A stretch of 64,000 bases of DNA from Candidatus Spongiisociaceae bacterium (lineage in GTDB: Bacteria > Actinomycetota > Acidimicrobiia > Spongiisociales > Spongiisociaceae). Location: assembly GCA_965202665.1 (NCBI GenBank), contig OZ241841.1, forward strand, positions 1,408,001-1,472,000. Direction: 5' to 3'. Position numbers and translations under genes: made by a program. The notes beneath the pieces were generated by a model. It was not told where the DNA came from, ran no database searches, and saw only the letters and a list, made by a program, of their open reading frames with translations. Every line of letters starts with the position of its first letter. Position 1 is the first letter of the stretch. This document shows positions 1-9,358 of the stretch, piece after piece.

Positions 1-18
1 AACCGGGCCGCCGCCGAG

Positions 19-597
19 GTGTGGGAGGGGGTGGTGCGGATTCTGGTTTCGGGCGGCCCGCAGGGTGCGGAAGTGTACGTGTTCGCCACCCCCCTGCCCG
101 ACATCCCGGAAACTTTGCGCCTGGGGCCGGTGGCCGCCCCCTGGCATCCGGGCGGGGAGGAATGGGAGTTGGCCGGAATCAAAACCCTGTCCTACGCCCC
201 CAATATGGCGGCCGGGCGGGTAGCGCAGCAACGGGGTTTCGACGACGCCCTGCTGATCAGCCGCGACGGCCACGTTCTGGAAGCCCCCACTTCGTCGGCG
301 CTGTGGGCGGTGGACGGGGTGATTGAAACCCCCTCTTTGGATTTGGGGATTTTAGGTTCCATCACCCGCCGCACCGCGTTGGCCCTGGCCGCCCGCCTGC
401 GGTTGCCGGTGCGGGAAGGCCGGTTCCCCCTGTCCCGGTTGGAGGAGGCTTCCGAGGCGGCCCTGCTGTCCTCCGTCAAAGAAATAGTCCCGGTGACCGC
501 AGTGGGGGAATGGACCTACCCGCCGGGGCCGATAACCGCCTGCCTGGCCGCCGCCTACCGGGAAGAAGTGGACCGCCTCGGCCCCCCCGACCCCTGA
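19..597 (+). CDS. Aminotransferase class IV (BCAT/ADC-lyase family), probably 5'-truncated by window edge
   Basis: IKTLSY PLP-lysine motif, 'FDDALL...VLEAPTS', 'GILGSITR' motifs typical of fold-type IV enzymes. Confidence 0.85.
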   Translation: MWEGVVRILVSGGPQGAEVYVFATPLPDIPETLRLGPVAAPWHPGGEEWELAGIKTLSYAPNMAAGRVAQQRGFDDALLISRDGHVLEAPTSSALWAVDGVIETPSLDLGILGSITRRTALALAARLRLPVREGRFPLSRLEEASEAALLSSVKEIVPVTAVGEWTYPPGPITACLAAAYREEVDRLGPPDP

Positions 598-888
598 GCG
601 TCCCGAAACGCGAAAAATATCTCTATCGCCCCCCTTGAATTTTCAGCAAAACCACCGTATGTTATGGGCGGGAGGGCGGGGGGAGGGCGGGCCCCCGAAT
701 TTCAAGAACGCGAAAAGTTTTCTTAGGAAATCCCGAAATCCGGACAGCCGATTTCTCCGGTTGGAATTGCGCAACCCCGCCCGCCCCGACCTGCGTTCCC
801 GCTCCGCCTGGCCGCTCCGGCCTTTCATTCCCCCCCACCCCCCATTCCGAAAGAGCCCGCCCAAGCCCCGCATGGTATCCTGGCCTTC

Positions 889-1410
889 ATGCCTTTGAAA
901 GAAAACCAGTTCGGCCGCTACTACGAGGATTTCGAAGAGGGGGACGTCTACCGCAGCCCCTTGGGGCGCACCATCACCGAAGCGGACAATATCTGGATGA
1001 CCCTGCTCACCATGAACACCAACCAGTCCCATTTCAACGACCACTACGCCGCCTCCACCCCGTACGGCAAGGCCATCGTCAACTCGGGGGTGACTTTGGC
1101 CATCGTGCTGGGGTTGAGCGTGGTGGACACCTCCCAGAAGGTGTTCGCCAACCTGGGCTGGGACCGCATCCGCCTCACCAAGCCGGTGTTCGTGGGCGAC
1201 ACCCTCTACGCCGAATCCCAAGTGCTGTCCAAACGGGAGTCGGAGTCCCGCCCCTACGGGGGGATCGTCTCCTTTCGCACCCGCGGCCTCAACCAGAACG
1301 GGGGCACGGTGCTGGTCTACGAGCGGTCGGTTTTCGCCTACAAGCGCTCCGCCCCCCAGGACAAAGGGTTCTGGCCGGAGCCGGACGTCCCCATCGAGGA
1401 ACTGGGCTAG
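889..1410 (+). CDS. MaoC-family (hotdog) dehydratase/hydratase
   Basis: 'GRYYEDF..GD...GRTITEADN...TMN..HF', 'PVFVGDTL' MaoC signature. Confidence 0.88.
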   Translation: MPLKENQFGRYYEDFEEGDVYRSPLGRTITEADNIWMTLLTMNTNQSHFNDHYAASTPYGKAIVNSGVTLAIVLGLSVVDTSQKVFANLGWDRIRLTKPVFVGDTLYAESQVLSKRESESRPYGGIVSFRTRGLNQNGGTVLVYERSVFAYKRSAPQDKGFWPEPDVPIEELG

Positions 1411-1412
1411 CC

Positions 1413-2576
1413 TCAGTCGATTTTGACCCGCTCCGAGATCAGGCCGCGGGCGATCACCATTTTCAGAATGTCGTTGGTGCCTTCCCCGATGGCGGTCAGG
1501 GGGGCGTCCCGGTAGAGCCGCTCGATGTCCAACTCCTGGGAGTAGCCGGCCCCGCCGTGCACCCGCATGGAAGTCAGGGAGTTCTCCAAAGCGGCTTCGG
1601 AGGCGAAATATTTGGCCATCCCCGCCTCCAAGTCGGCCCGTTTCCCCCCGTCGGCTTGGGAGGCCGCCCACCAGGTGAGCAACCGGGCGGCCTGCGCCTT
1701 GGTGGCCATTTCCGCCAGTTTCAACTGGATGGCTTGGAACCCGGCGATGGGCCGGCCGAAGGCGGTTCGCTCCCGGCTGTAGGCGAGGGCCTGGTCGTAG
1801 GCTTCCTGGGCGATGCCCACCGACCGGGCGGCGATGTTGATGCGCCCGATTTCCAACCCGCCCAGCGTCTGTTGCAGGCCGCGTCCTTCTTCCCCGCCCA
1901 GCAGGTTGGCGGCCGGCGTCCGCACATCGTCCAACAGCACCTCGCAGCTTTCGGTTCCCTTGTAGCCCAGCTTGGGCAGGTCGCGGGAGATGACGAAGCC
2001 GGGGGTTTCCGCCTCCACCAGCAACACGCTCATTCCCCGATGGGCCGGGTCGGCCTCCGGGTCGGTTTTGACCAGCACCGGCAACGGGTCGGCGTAACGG
2101 GCGTTGGTGATCCACATTTTGGTTCCCCGGATGACGTATTCCCCCCCGTCCCGCACCGCCCGGGTTTTGATGCCCTGCAGGTCGGAGCCGGCGTCCGGTT
2201 CGGTGAGGGCCAGGCCGGTGCGCCTTTTGCCGGAGGCCAGGTCGGGCAGGAAGCGGCGCCGCTGTTCTTCGGTGCCGTATTTGGCGATCATGTGGCAGGA
2301 CAGGGTGTGGCTGCCGAGGATGCCGGCGATGCCCATCCAAGCCCGGCTGATTTCCTCGAAGGCGATGGCCAGGCTGACCAGATCCGCCCCCATCCCGCCG
2401 TATTCCTCCGGTACGGTCAGCCCGAACAGGCCCATCTGTTTCATGGACTCCACTATTTCGGCCGGGTAGCGGTCGGAATGCTCCCATTCCCGCGCCACCG
2501 GCCGGATCTCCCGGTCGGCGAATTGGCGCACGGTGTCGCGGAACAGCAGGTGTTCCTGACTCAGGTTGAAATCCAT
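1413..2576 (-). CDS. Acyl-CoA dehydrogenase
   Basis: 'ALTEPDAGSD', 'GTKMWITN', 'R.AFGRPI..FQAIQ.KLA', 'HGG.GY..E..IERLYRDA....IGEGT'. Confidence 0.95.
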   Translation of the reverse strand: MDFNLSQEHLLFRDTVRQFADREIRPVAREWEHSDRYPAEIVESMKQMGLFGLTVPEEYGGMGADLVSLAIAFEEISRAWMGIAGILGSHTLSCHMIAKYGTEEQRRRFLPDLASGKRRTGLALTEPDAGSDLQGIKTRAVRDGGEYVIRGTKMWITNARYADPLPVLVKTDPEADPAHRGMSVLLVEAETPGFVISRDLPKLGYKGTESCEVLLDDVRTPAANLLGGEEGRGLQQTLGGLEIGRINIAARSVGIAQEAYDQALAYSRERTAFGRPIAGFQAIQLKLAEMATKAQAARLLTWWAASQADGGKRADLEAGMAKYFASEAALENSLTSMRVHGGAGYSQELDIERLYRDAPLTAIGEGTNDILKMVIARGLISERVKID

Positions 2577-2723
2577 TGTCGGCCTCCTCGGCGGCGGGCG
2601 GGTTGCTTTGATTCGCTTTTAGAGGGTAGAGGGTCGGGGGCGGGTTTGCCCGCCGGATGACGGGGGAGGCGGCCCGCCTGCGGTAAGGTAGCCGCTTATC
2701 AGACCGGCGGAGGACGGAAAAGC

Positions 2724-3653
2724 ATGGACAACGACGAACGCCCCCTGGTGGTGGCGGCCGAGCCGATTTCAGCGGCGGGCCTGGATCTGCTGGGACGGAG
2801 CTGCCGGGTGGAGGAGGCGGCTGAAGTCCCCCGGGAGCGCCTGCTGGAACTGATGGGGGAGGCGCGGGGGCTGGTGGTGCGCAGCGGGGTGCGGGTGGAT
2901 CGGGAACTGATCGGGGCCGCCCCCCGGTTGGCGGTGATCGGCCGGGCGGGGGTGGGGCTGGACAACATAGACCTGGAGGCGGCCCGGGAGGCGGGCGCGG
3001 AGGTGGTGAGCACTCCCGCCGCCAACTCCATTTCCGCCGCCGAACATACCATGGCCCTGATGTTGGCCATGTGCCGTCATATTCCGCAGGCGGACGCCTC
3101 CATCCGGGCGGGGGCGTGGGAGCGGACCCGGTTCCGGGGGGTGGAGTTGTACGGGAAGACGCTGGGGGTGGTGGGGCTGGGCCGCATCGGGACGCTGGTG
3201 GCGGAACGGGCCTTGGCCTTCGGAATGTCTTTTCTGGTCTACGACCCCTATCTGACCGAAGAGCGGGTGGCCGGGCTGGGAGGGGAGCTGGTTGAATTGG
3301 AAACTTTGCTGTCCCGCTCCGATTTCATCACCATCCACATTCCGCTTACCGAGGAGACCCGCAACCTGATCGGGCGGGAAGCTTTGGCGGCCGCCAAGCC
3401 GGGGGTGCGCATCGTGAACGCCTCCCGGGGCGGCGTGCTGGACGAAGACGCCCTGGTGGAGGCGCTGCGCTCCGGCCGGGTGGGGGGAGCCGCTTTGGAT
3501 GTGTTCGCCTCCGAACCGATGACGGAAGGGCCCCTGCTGGACTGCCCGGGCATAGTGATGACCCCTCATTTGGCCGCCTCCACCGTCGAAGCCCAAGACC
3601 GGGTGGGAGAAGAGGTGGCCCAAAGAATGCTGGAGGTCCTAGCCCGAACGTAG
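2724..3653 (+). CDS. serA: D-3-phosphoglycerate dehydrogenase-like D-2-hydroxyacid dehydrogenase (short form, no ACT domain)
   Basis: 'GRAGVGLDNID', 'AAEHT', 'GLGRIG' Rossmann motif, 'NASRGG', 'LDVF..EP', 'TPHLAAST.EAQ'. Confidence 0.8.
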   Translation: MDNDERPLVVAAEPISAAGLDLLGRSCRVEEAAEVPRERLLELMGEARGLVVRSGVRVDRELIGAAPRLAVIGRAGVGLDNIDLEAAREAGAEVVSTPAANSISAAEHTMALMLAMCRHIPQADASIRAGAWERTRFRGVELYGKTLGVVGLGRIGTLVAERALAFGMSFLVYDPYLTEERVAGLGGELVELETLLSRSDFITIHIPLTEETRNLIGREALAAAKPGVRIVNASRGGVLDEDALVEALRSGRVGGAALDVFASEPMTEGPLLDCPGIVMTPHLAASTVEAQDRVGEEVAQRMLEVLART

Positions 3654-3674
3654 CGCACCCTGGGGGAGCGACCC

Positions 3675-4078
3675 AGCGCACCAGTTGTACCGTGGCGCAC
3701 GATTTGTTTCTTAGGACTTGAACCTTTTGTAGCGTGGTACACGATTTATCCTTTTGAAAGCGCACGAGTTGTGCTATGGCGCACGATTTGTCCTTTTGGG
3801 AGCACACGAATTGTACTGCGACGCACGATTTGTTTCTTTGGGTTCGTACTTTTTGTAGCGTGGTACACGATTTGTCTTTTTGGGAGCACACGAGTTGTAC
3901 CGTGACGCACGATTTGTTTCTTTGGGTTCGTACTTTTTGTAGCGTGGTACATGATTTGTCTTTTTGGGAGCGCACGAGTTGTGCTATGGCGCACGATTTG
4001 TCCTTTTGGGAGCACACGAATTGTACTGCGACGCACGATTTGTTTCTTTGGCCTTGTACTTTTTGTAGCGTAGCGAAC
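3675..4078. repeat. Tandem array of ~9.5 x 42-bp units with a 210-bp higher-order period
   Basis: CA(C/T)GATTT starts at 3698, 3740, 3782, 3824, 3866, 3908, 3950, 3992 and 4034 (exact 42-bp spacing); unit variants occur in the order D-A-B-C-A-D-A-B-C-A. Confidence 0.95.
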
Positions 4079-4140
4079 AAATGATGCGGTTCGTCTAATA
4101 TGGGTCTGCATAAAATCCCGCTCCCTATAAGATAGGAGAG

Positions 4141-5379
4141 ATGGAATACCAATCAAGAATTGCAGACGCCCAGTTGGCCGACATGCTCGCCGGTCTGCCC
4201 GCGGTCCTGATTGAGGGGGTGAGAGCAGTCGGCAAAACGGAAACCGCCCGCCGGGTCTGCGCCGACGAGATGTTGTTGGATGACCCCAACGTTTATGAGA
4301 TGGTGCGCGACGACCCGTTTAAGGCGGTGACCGGCTGGCGGGACCCGTTGCTGGTCGACGAGTGGCAACGTATCGGTCCGGTCTTTGACGGAGTGCGGCG
4401 GCAGGTGGACGACGACTATCGCCCCGGCCGGTTCGTGCTCACCGGTTCGGCCCGCCCGGTGGGGATCACCGCCCACTCCGGCGCCGGCCGGATAGCGGTT
4501 TTGCGAATGCGTCCCATGACATTGCCGGAGAGGGGGGCGGTCTCCCCGCAGGCGTCTTTGTCGCACCTGTTGGAGGGAGGCAAAGATTCGGTGGCGGGCC
4601 GAACCGAATTCGGGCTGGACGAATACGCTGAAGAAATCGGCCTTTCCGGTTTTCCCGGCATTCGGTTGCACCCCGGGGAAAGCCGGTTGCAACTCTCCGG
4701 ATACATAGAGAACATCATCCAACGCGATATAGAGGTATCGGGGTACAAATCGCGCAAGCCCGAATCTTTACGACGGTGGCTGGAGGCGTTCGCGGCCGTC
4801 GCCTCGGAGACCGCTTCTTTGGAGAAAATACGCGTCGCCGCCACCCGCGGAGATGGCTCGGCGCCCGGTCGGGGAGCGGCTTTGGACTACTACGAGGCTT
4901 TACGCCGTCTATGGGTGATCGACGACCTTCCGGGCTGGACGCCAACGGAGGACAAGTTGTCTTCGGTCAACCAGACGCCGAAACGCCATATGGCGGATCC
5001 CGCCTTGGCGATGGCGTTGCTAAATCGCGAACCTTCGTCTTTGATAACGGACCGGGAGTTTTTCGGCAAGCTCTTCGAGTCGCTGGTTGCGCTGACCGTT
5101 CGGGTGTTCGCGCAAGCGGCGGACGCCCGGGTGTTCCACCTTCGCACCAAAGGAGGCCGCCAAGAAGTGGATTTCATCGTGGAGACCGGCGAAGGGCGCG
5201 TGTTGGCGTTGGAGGCGAAACTGTCCCGGCAGATCGGGAAGGAGGATGTCGACCACCTGCATTGGCTGCGCAACCGGCTGGGTTCGCGCTGGATCGACGG
5301 GGCGGTGATCAACACCGGCCCATTCGCCCACCGCCAAGACGGAATAGCGGTAATCCCCCTAGCCCTTCTCGGCCCTTGA
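4141..5379 (+). CDS. AAA-family ATP-binding protein with C-terminal DUF4143/PD-(D/E)xK-like domain
   Basis: Walker A GVRAVGKT, Walker B LLVDEWQR, 'FVLTGSA', 'HSGAGRI', 'PKRHMADPAL', 'FESLV', 'EVDFIV...LALEAKL'; RBS GGAG upstream. Confidence 0.9.
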   Translation: MEYQSRIADAQLADMLAGLPAVLIEGVRAVGKTETARRVCADEMLLDDPNVYEMVRDDPFKAVTGWRDPLLVDEWQRIGPVFDGVRRQVDDDYRPGRFVLTGSARPVGITAHSGAGRIAVLRMRPMTLPERGAVSPQASLSHLLEGGKDSVAGRTEFGLDEYAEEIGLSGFPGIRLHPGESRLQLSGYIENIIQRDIEVSGYKSRKPESLRRWLEAFAAVASETASLEKIRVAATRGDGSAPGRGAALDYYEALRRLWVIDDLPGWTPTEDKLSSVNQTPKRHMADPALAMALLNREPSSLITDREFFGKLFESLVALTVRVFAQAADARVFHLRTKGGRQEVDFIVETGEGRVLALEAKLSRQIGKEDVDHLHWLRNRLGSRWIDGAVINTGPFAHRQDGIAVIPLALLGP

Positions 5380-5424
5380 AACCGCCTCGGCAAAGGCGCC
5401 ACTATGTTGGTCCTATGGTCGTGC

Positions 5425-6639
5425 CTATTTTGAAGCCTGGGCCAGTTGGGAGAGGGAGGCAACAACCCGCTCCCAATCGGGCTCTTCGGTCAGGTGGCAC
5501 CAGGAAATTCGGAGTGCGCCGGCGATGCGCTCCTCTCCCAGTTTCATTGCCTTCAGAACATGGCTCGGTTCATACTTCTCGGAGGTGCAAGCCGAACCGT
5601 TGGATATTTCGATTACGCCCTTGAGCGCCACCATTGCGGCTTCGGCGTCTACGCCCGGGATGGATAAATTCACCGCGTTTGGCGCTACCCGACCGAGGTC
5701 CCCGTTGATGACCGGCCGCAAGGGAGCCAAATGCTCGAGAAGTCGGTTACGGAAATCCAAATTCACGGCTTCCCGCTTTTTGTGCTCCCGTGATGCCAGT
5801 TCAGCCGCAAGGCCGAGGCCTACAACCAAGTGCACGGGAAGAGTGCCCGGTCTCAGTCCTCGTTCTTGACCGCCTCCGTACATCAGCGGGGTGAGCGGCA
5901 GAGCGGAGAACCCTCTCCGTCGAGCGATCAGGGCTCCCACCCCTTTGGGGCCGTAACATTTGTGCCCGCTGATGCTGATGAGATCGATGCGATGATTTTG
6001 AAGGGGCTCCACTATCTTGCCGAAGCCCTGCGCGGCATCCACATGGAGATACGTAGGATTGTCGGCAAGGGCCTCTGCGACGGCGGATATTGGTTGAATC
6101 ATTCCGGTCTCGTTGTTGACGTGCATGATGCTGACAAGGAGGGTGTCGTCACGGACGCGTTGCAGAACCTCGGTGGGGTCCACTGAGCCATCCCCGCGCG
6201 TGGGAGCTAAATCAACGGCAAAACCTTGACGGGAGAGGTGCTCCAGCGGTTCGATGACTGCTTTATGCTCGATCTCCGTTGAGACGATGTGCCGCCTTTG
6301 TTCCGCTTCTGGGCTCTTGGCGATGCCCAGAATGGCCAGATTGTCGCTCTCGGTCGCTCCGCTTGTGAAAATAACCTCATCGCTTTGGGCATCAACGAGG
6401 GAGGCAACCTGTTCACGGGCGCGTTGCACAGCTTGCTTGGCCCGATTCCCGCGCTCGTGCGTCCTGGAGCCTGCATTGCCGTACTCGATCTCGAGATACC
6501 TAACGACCTCTTCTCGGACGCGGGGCTCCACAGGCGCGGTAGCGTTGCAATCGAGGTAAACAGCCGCCGTTTCCAGAAGAAGGAGGTTCTTTCCGTATTC
6601 GGGCGATACTGGATCTATCATGCCACCAGTATAGACCAT
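5425..6639 (-). CDS. dndA: Cysteine desulfurase DndA
   Basis: 'YLDCNAT', 'FTSGATE', 'SGHKCYGPKG' PLP-Lys, 'SNGSAC' catalytic Cys; divergent from dndB. Start could be 6621. Confidence 0.92.
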   Translation of the reverse strand: MVYTGGMIDPVSPEYGKNLLLLETAAVYLDCNATAPVEPRVREEVVRYLEIEYGNAGSRTHERGNRAKQAVQRAREQVASLVDAQSDEVIFTSGATESDNLAILGIAKSPEAEQRRHIVSTEIEHKAVIEPLEHLSRQGFAVDLAPTRGDGSVDPTEVLQRVRDDTLLVSIMHVNNETGMIQPISAVAEALADNPTYLHVDAAQGFGKIVEPLQNHRIDLISISGHKCYGPKGVGALIARRRGFSALPLTPLMYGGGQERGLRPGTLPVHLVVGLGLAAELASREHKKREAVNLDFRNRLLEHLAPLRPVINGDLGRVAPNAVNLSIPGVDAEAAMVALKGVIEISNGSACTSEKYEPSHVLKAMKLGEERIAGALRISWCHLTEEPDWERVVASLSQLAQASK

Positions 6640-6667
6640 TCAAGCAGTTTGCCTTATTTGTGCTCAA

Positions 6668-6702
6668 GTATGTTTGACAATAAACATACAATTAAGTATA
6701 AT
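6668..6702 (+). promoter_or_regulatory. Consensus sigma70 promoter of dndBCDE with overlapping inverted-repeat operator
   Basis: TTGACA 6674-6679, 17-bp spacer, TATAAT 6697-6702; GTATGTTT-N6-AAACATAC at 6668-6689; AAGGAGG RBS before TTG 6742. Confidence 0.85.
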
Positions 6703-6741
6703 ATGGTAACATAAACGTTTCGGCGAAAATAAGGAGGGGTT

Positions 6742-7845
6742 TTGGAACGACCTTTCGAATATACCTTCCCCGCCATCCGGGGCATACAGGCTGGCCGGGA
6801 ATTTTACGTGTCGCAGTGCCCATTGCTCCTGGTTCCCAAAATCCTCCTCTACGACGAGGAGGAGATCATTCCGGAGATGAGAGCCCAGCGGACGATCAAT
6901 CGCTCCCGTGTACCCGAGATTGCGAAATACATGGTGCGCAACCGCAAGGAGTGGATTTTTTCGGCGTTGACCGCTTCCATTGACGGCGAGGCACGTTTCA
7001 CGGCATTTTCGGACGATCCGGGGAAACGCATTGGTATGCTCCATATTCCGATGTCCACGCGTTTCATCATCAACGATGGCCAACACCGGCGGGCGGCCAT
7101 AGAAATGGCAATGGCGGAGGAACCCTCGTTGGCCGACGAGAGCATCGGCTTGGTGCTTTTCCTGGATCGCGGCTTGCATCGTTCCCAACAGATGTTCGCC
7201 GATCTGAATCGCCATGCGGCCAAGCCCTCAAAATCGCTGGGGCTTCTCTACGACCATCGTGACCCGCTGGCTGAAATCATCAGGTTGGTGGTTTTCAAAT
7301 CAGATTTTCTGAAGGATGTTGTAGAAATCGAGAAAACTACGGTCGCCGCCCGGTCGCGAAAACTATTTACTTTGAGTGCTCTATATAACGGGACTCGCGC
7401 CTTTCTCGGAACCCTTCCCGAGAACCAAGAAATTCAAGTCGAGACACTGGCAGACCGCGGTCGCGGATTTTGGGAGGTGGTTGCTCAGCATCTGAAGGAA
7501 TGGCGTTTGGTTCGCGAACGCAAGATCGCCGCCTCCGAGGTACGCAGGGATTTCATTCATTCTCATGCCATAATCCTGCATGCCCTTGGCAGGGCGGGCC
7601 ATGATTTGTTGTGCGAATATCCAGGCAAATGGAAAAACAAGATCAGCAAACTGGCTGAGGTTGATTGGTCTCGGAATAATATACTGTGGGAAGGCCGTGC
7701 GATTACGGCCGGGAGAGTTACCAAATCACATCAGAATGTTATTCTTACTACTAACGCCATCAAGAAAATACTGAGTTTGCCTCTATCTGATGAAGAACAG
7801 TGCCAAGAAATTAATTTTAGTAGAAATGGTGTTACCAATGGCTAA
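6742..7845 (+). CDS. dndB: DNA sulfur modification protein DndB (DGQHR family)
   Basis: 'FPAIRGIQAGREFY', 'RAQR..N..R.PEI', 'INDGQHRRAAI', 'QQMFADLN'. Confidence 0.95.
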   Translation: MERPFEYTFPAIRGIQAGREFYVSQCPLLLVPKILLYDEEEIIPEMRAQRTINRSRVPEIAKYMVRNRKEWIFSALTASIDGEARFTAFSDDPGKRIGMLHIPMSTRFIINDGQHRRAAIEMAMAEEPSLADESIGLVLFLDRGLHRSQQMFADLNRHAAKPSKSLGLLYDHRDPLAEIIRLVVFKSDFLKDVVEIEKTTVAARSRKLFTLSALYNGTRAFLGTLPENQEIQVETLADRGRGFWEVVAQHLKEWRLVRERKIAASEVRRDFIHSHAIILHALGRAGHDLLCEYPGKWKNKISKLAEVDWSRNNILWEGRAITAGRVTKSHQNVILTTNAIKKILSLPLSDEEQCQEINFSRNGVTNG

Positions 7846-9358
7846 GTCATTTGCTCCTTCCGCTTTTACCGATCTCGGCTTCAACACTGTCGTGGAAAGC
7901 GTCATTACCGAAATACAGAATTTATACTGTGAAGATAGTATCCCTTGGGTGGTTGGTTATAGCGGGGGGAAAGATTCTACTGCCACCCTTCAACTGGTTT
8001 GGCTTGCTTTGTCGGAATTGCCTGTGGAAAAGAGGCACAAAATTGTTCATGTAATAAGCACTGATACTCTAGTAGAAAACCCTGTCGTAGCCGCTTGGGT
8101 AAATCACTCTCTTGAAAAAATTGCAAATAGTGCTTCTAGTCAAGAACTTCCTGTTAAATCACATAGACTTACTCCAAAAATAACCGATACCTTTTGGGTT
8201 AATCTAATAGGTAAAGGATATCCGGCTCCCAGGCCAAAATTTAGATGGTGCACGGAAAGAATGAAAATCAATCCTTCGAACCAGTTTATTCGTAACGTTG
8301 TTAGGTCAGATGGAGAGGCCATTGTTGTGTTGGGTACGCGCAAGGCTGAAAGCAAGGCTAGAGAATCTCGGATGACAAAGGTAGAAACTCAGAAAATCCG
8401 TGACTTACTTGTTCCTAATGTTAGTCTCGCAAATTCTTTGGTTTATACTCCAATCTCCACTTGGAACAATGATGATGTTTGGCTTTTTCTAATGCAGATT
8501 TCTAATCCTTGGGGGAACGATAATAAAGATCTGCTTACTATGTACAGTGGTGCCTCACCAGATGGGGAGTGCCCTCTGGTTATTGATACTAGTACTCCCA
8601 GTTGCGGAGACAGTAGGTTTGGCTGTTGGACCTGTACACTTGTTGATAAAGATAAATCGATGAGCGCAATGATCCAAAATGATAACGAAAAAGAATGGAT
8701 GCTTCCTTTGCTTGAAATTAGGAATGCCTTGGATTTGACCGATGATCGTCATCTTCGAGATTTTAGGAGGATGAATGGGAGCGTCCAATTATTCAAAAAC
8801 GCACCTATACCAGGTCCATATACACAGGATAGTAGAGAGAAATGGCTTCGTATGGTTTTAGACGCACAGACTTGGATAAGAGATAATGGTCCTAGAGAGG
8901 TGAATGATATTATTTTAATATCGTTAGACGAGTTGCACGAGATCCGCCGTATATGGATTTACGAAAAGCATGAAATAGAAGATAGATTACCTGACATCTA
9001 TCGGGAAACCACTGGTGAAGATTTCCCCGGCCAGCCACTGGATGATCATCTTCCGCTAGGCAAAACGGAGATGCGTATTCTGCTTTCCCTTTGCCCGGAT
9101 GATAGACTTCATTACGAATTGATTAGGGAACTCTTGGACATCGAACGCAACTATCGTGGTATGTCTCGGCGGTCAGGTTTATACGACAGTATTGAGGAAG
9201 CCTTTTCCCGACATTTCTATGAGAACGAAGAGGATGCTACTGAGCGAGCTCGTAATCTAGCGATCGCTAAACAAGTGGCAAATAAAGGGGAAGTAGATTA
9301 TGTTAAAATGGATCTCTCTAGTTATGCGGAGATACTTCCAACAGAGCCGAGCGTATGA
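7838..9358 (+). CDS. dndC: DNA phosphorothioation sulfurtransferase DndC (PAPS reductase family)
   Basis: 'PWVVGYSGGKDS', 'DTLVENP', 'GKGYPAP...FRWCT.RMKI.P', 'GECPLV', 'SCG.SRFGCW.CT'; ATG 7838 overlaps dndB end. Confidence 0.96.
   Translation: MAKSFAPSAFTDLGFNTVVESVITEIQNLYCEDSIPWVVGYSGGKDSTATLQLVWLALSELPVEKRHKIVHVISTDTLVENPVVAAWVNHSLEKIANSASSQELPVKSHRLTPKITDTFWVNLIGKGYPAPRPKFRWCTERMKINPSNQFIRNVVRSDGEAIVVLGTRKAESKARESRMTKVETQKIRDLLVPNVSLANSLVYTPISTWNNDDVWLFLMQISNPWGNDNKDLLTMYSGASPDGECPLVIDTSTPSCGDSRFGCWTCTLVDKDKSMSAMIQNDNEKEWMLPLLEIRNALDLTDDRHLRDFRRMNGSVQLFKNAPIPGPYTQDSREKWLRMVLDAQTWIRDNGPREVNDIILISLDELHEIRRIWIYEKHEIEDRLPDIYRETTGEDFPGQPLDDHLPLGKTEMRILLSLCPDDRLHYELIRELLDIERNYRGMSRRSGLYDSIEEAFSRHFYENEEDATERARNLAIAKQVANKGEVDYVKMDLSSYAEILPTEPSV

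Noticed and set aside
598-888. Possible riboswitch or ncRNA in the ~290-bp intergenic region (AACGCGAAAA occurs twice)
   Set aside because: No recognisable aptamer consensus or convincing long stem; an Rfam search would be needed.
643-2660. Long alternative-frame ORFs (e.g. 643-2487-, 1557-2660+, 19641-21731-, 21577-23376+, 25405-27348-, 53125-54978-)
   Set aside because: Shadow ORFs of high-GC coding sequence overlapping well-supported genes; Arg/Gly/Pro-rich with no motifs.
3675-4078. CRISPR array
   Set aside because: Units are contiguous variants of one 42-mer that recur in order; there are no unique spacers and no cas genes in the window.
3346-4156. Repeat-encoded ORFs 3346-4152(-), 3746-4156(-) and 3776-4084(+) as genes
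   Set aside because: A 42-bp unit keeps frames open by itself; the ORFs overlap real genes or lack an RBS, and the + frame has stops in the first units. Kept only as a hypothesis in the finding.
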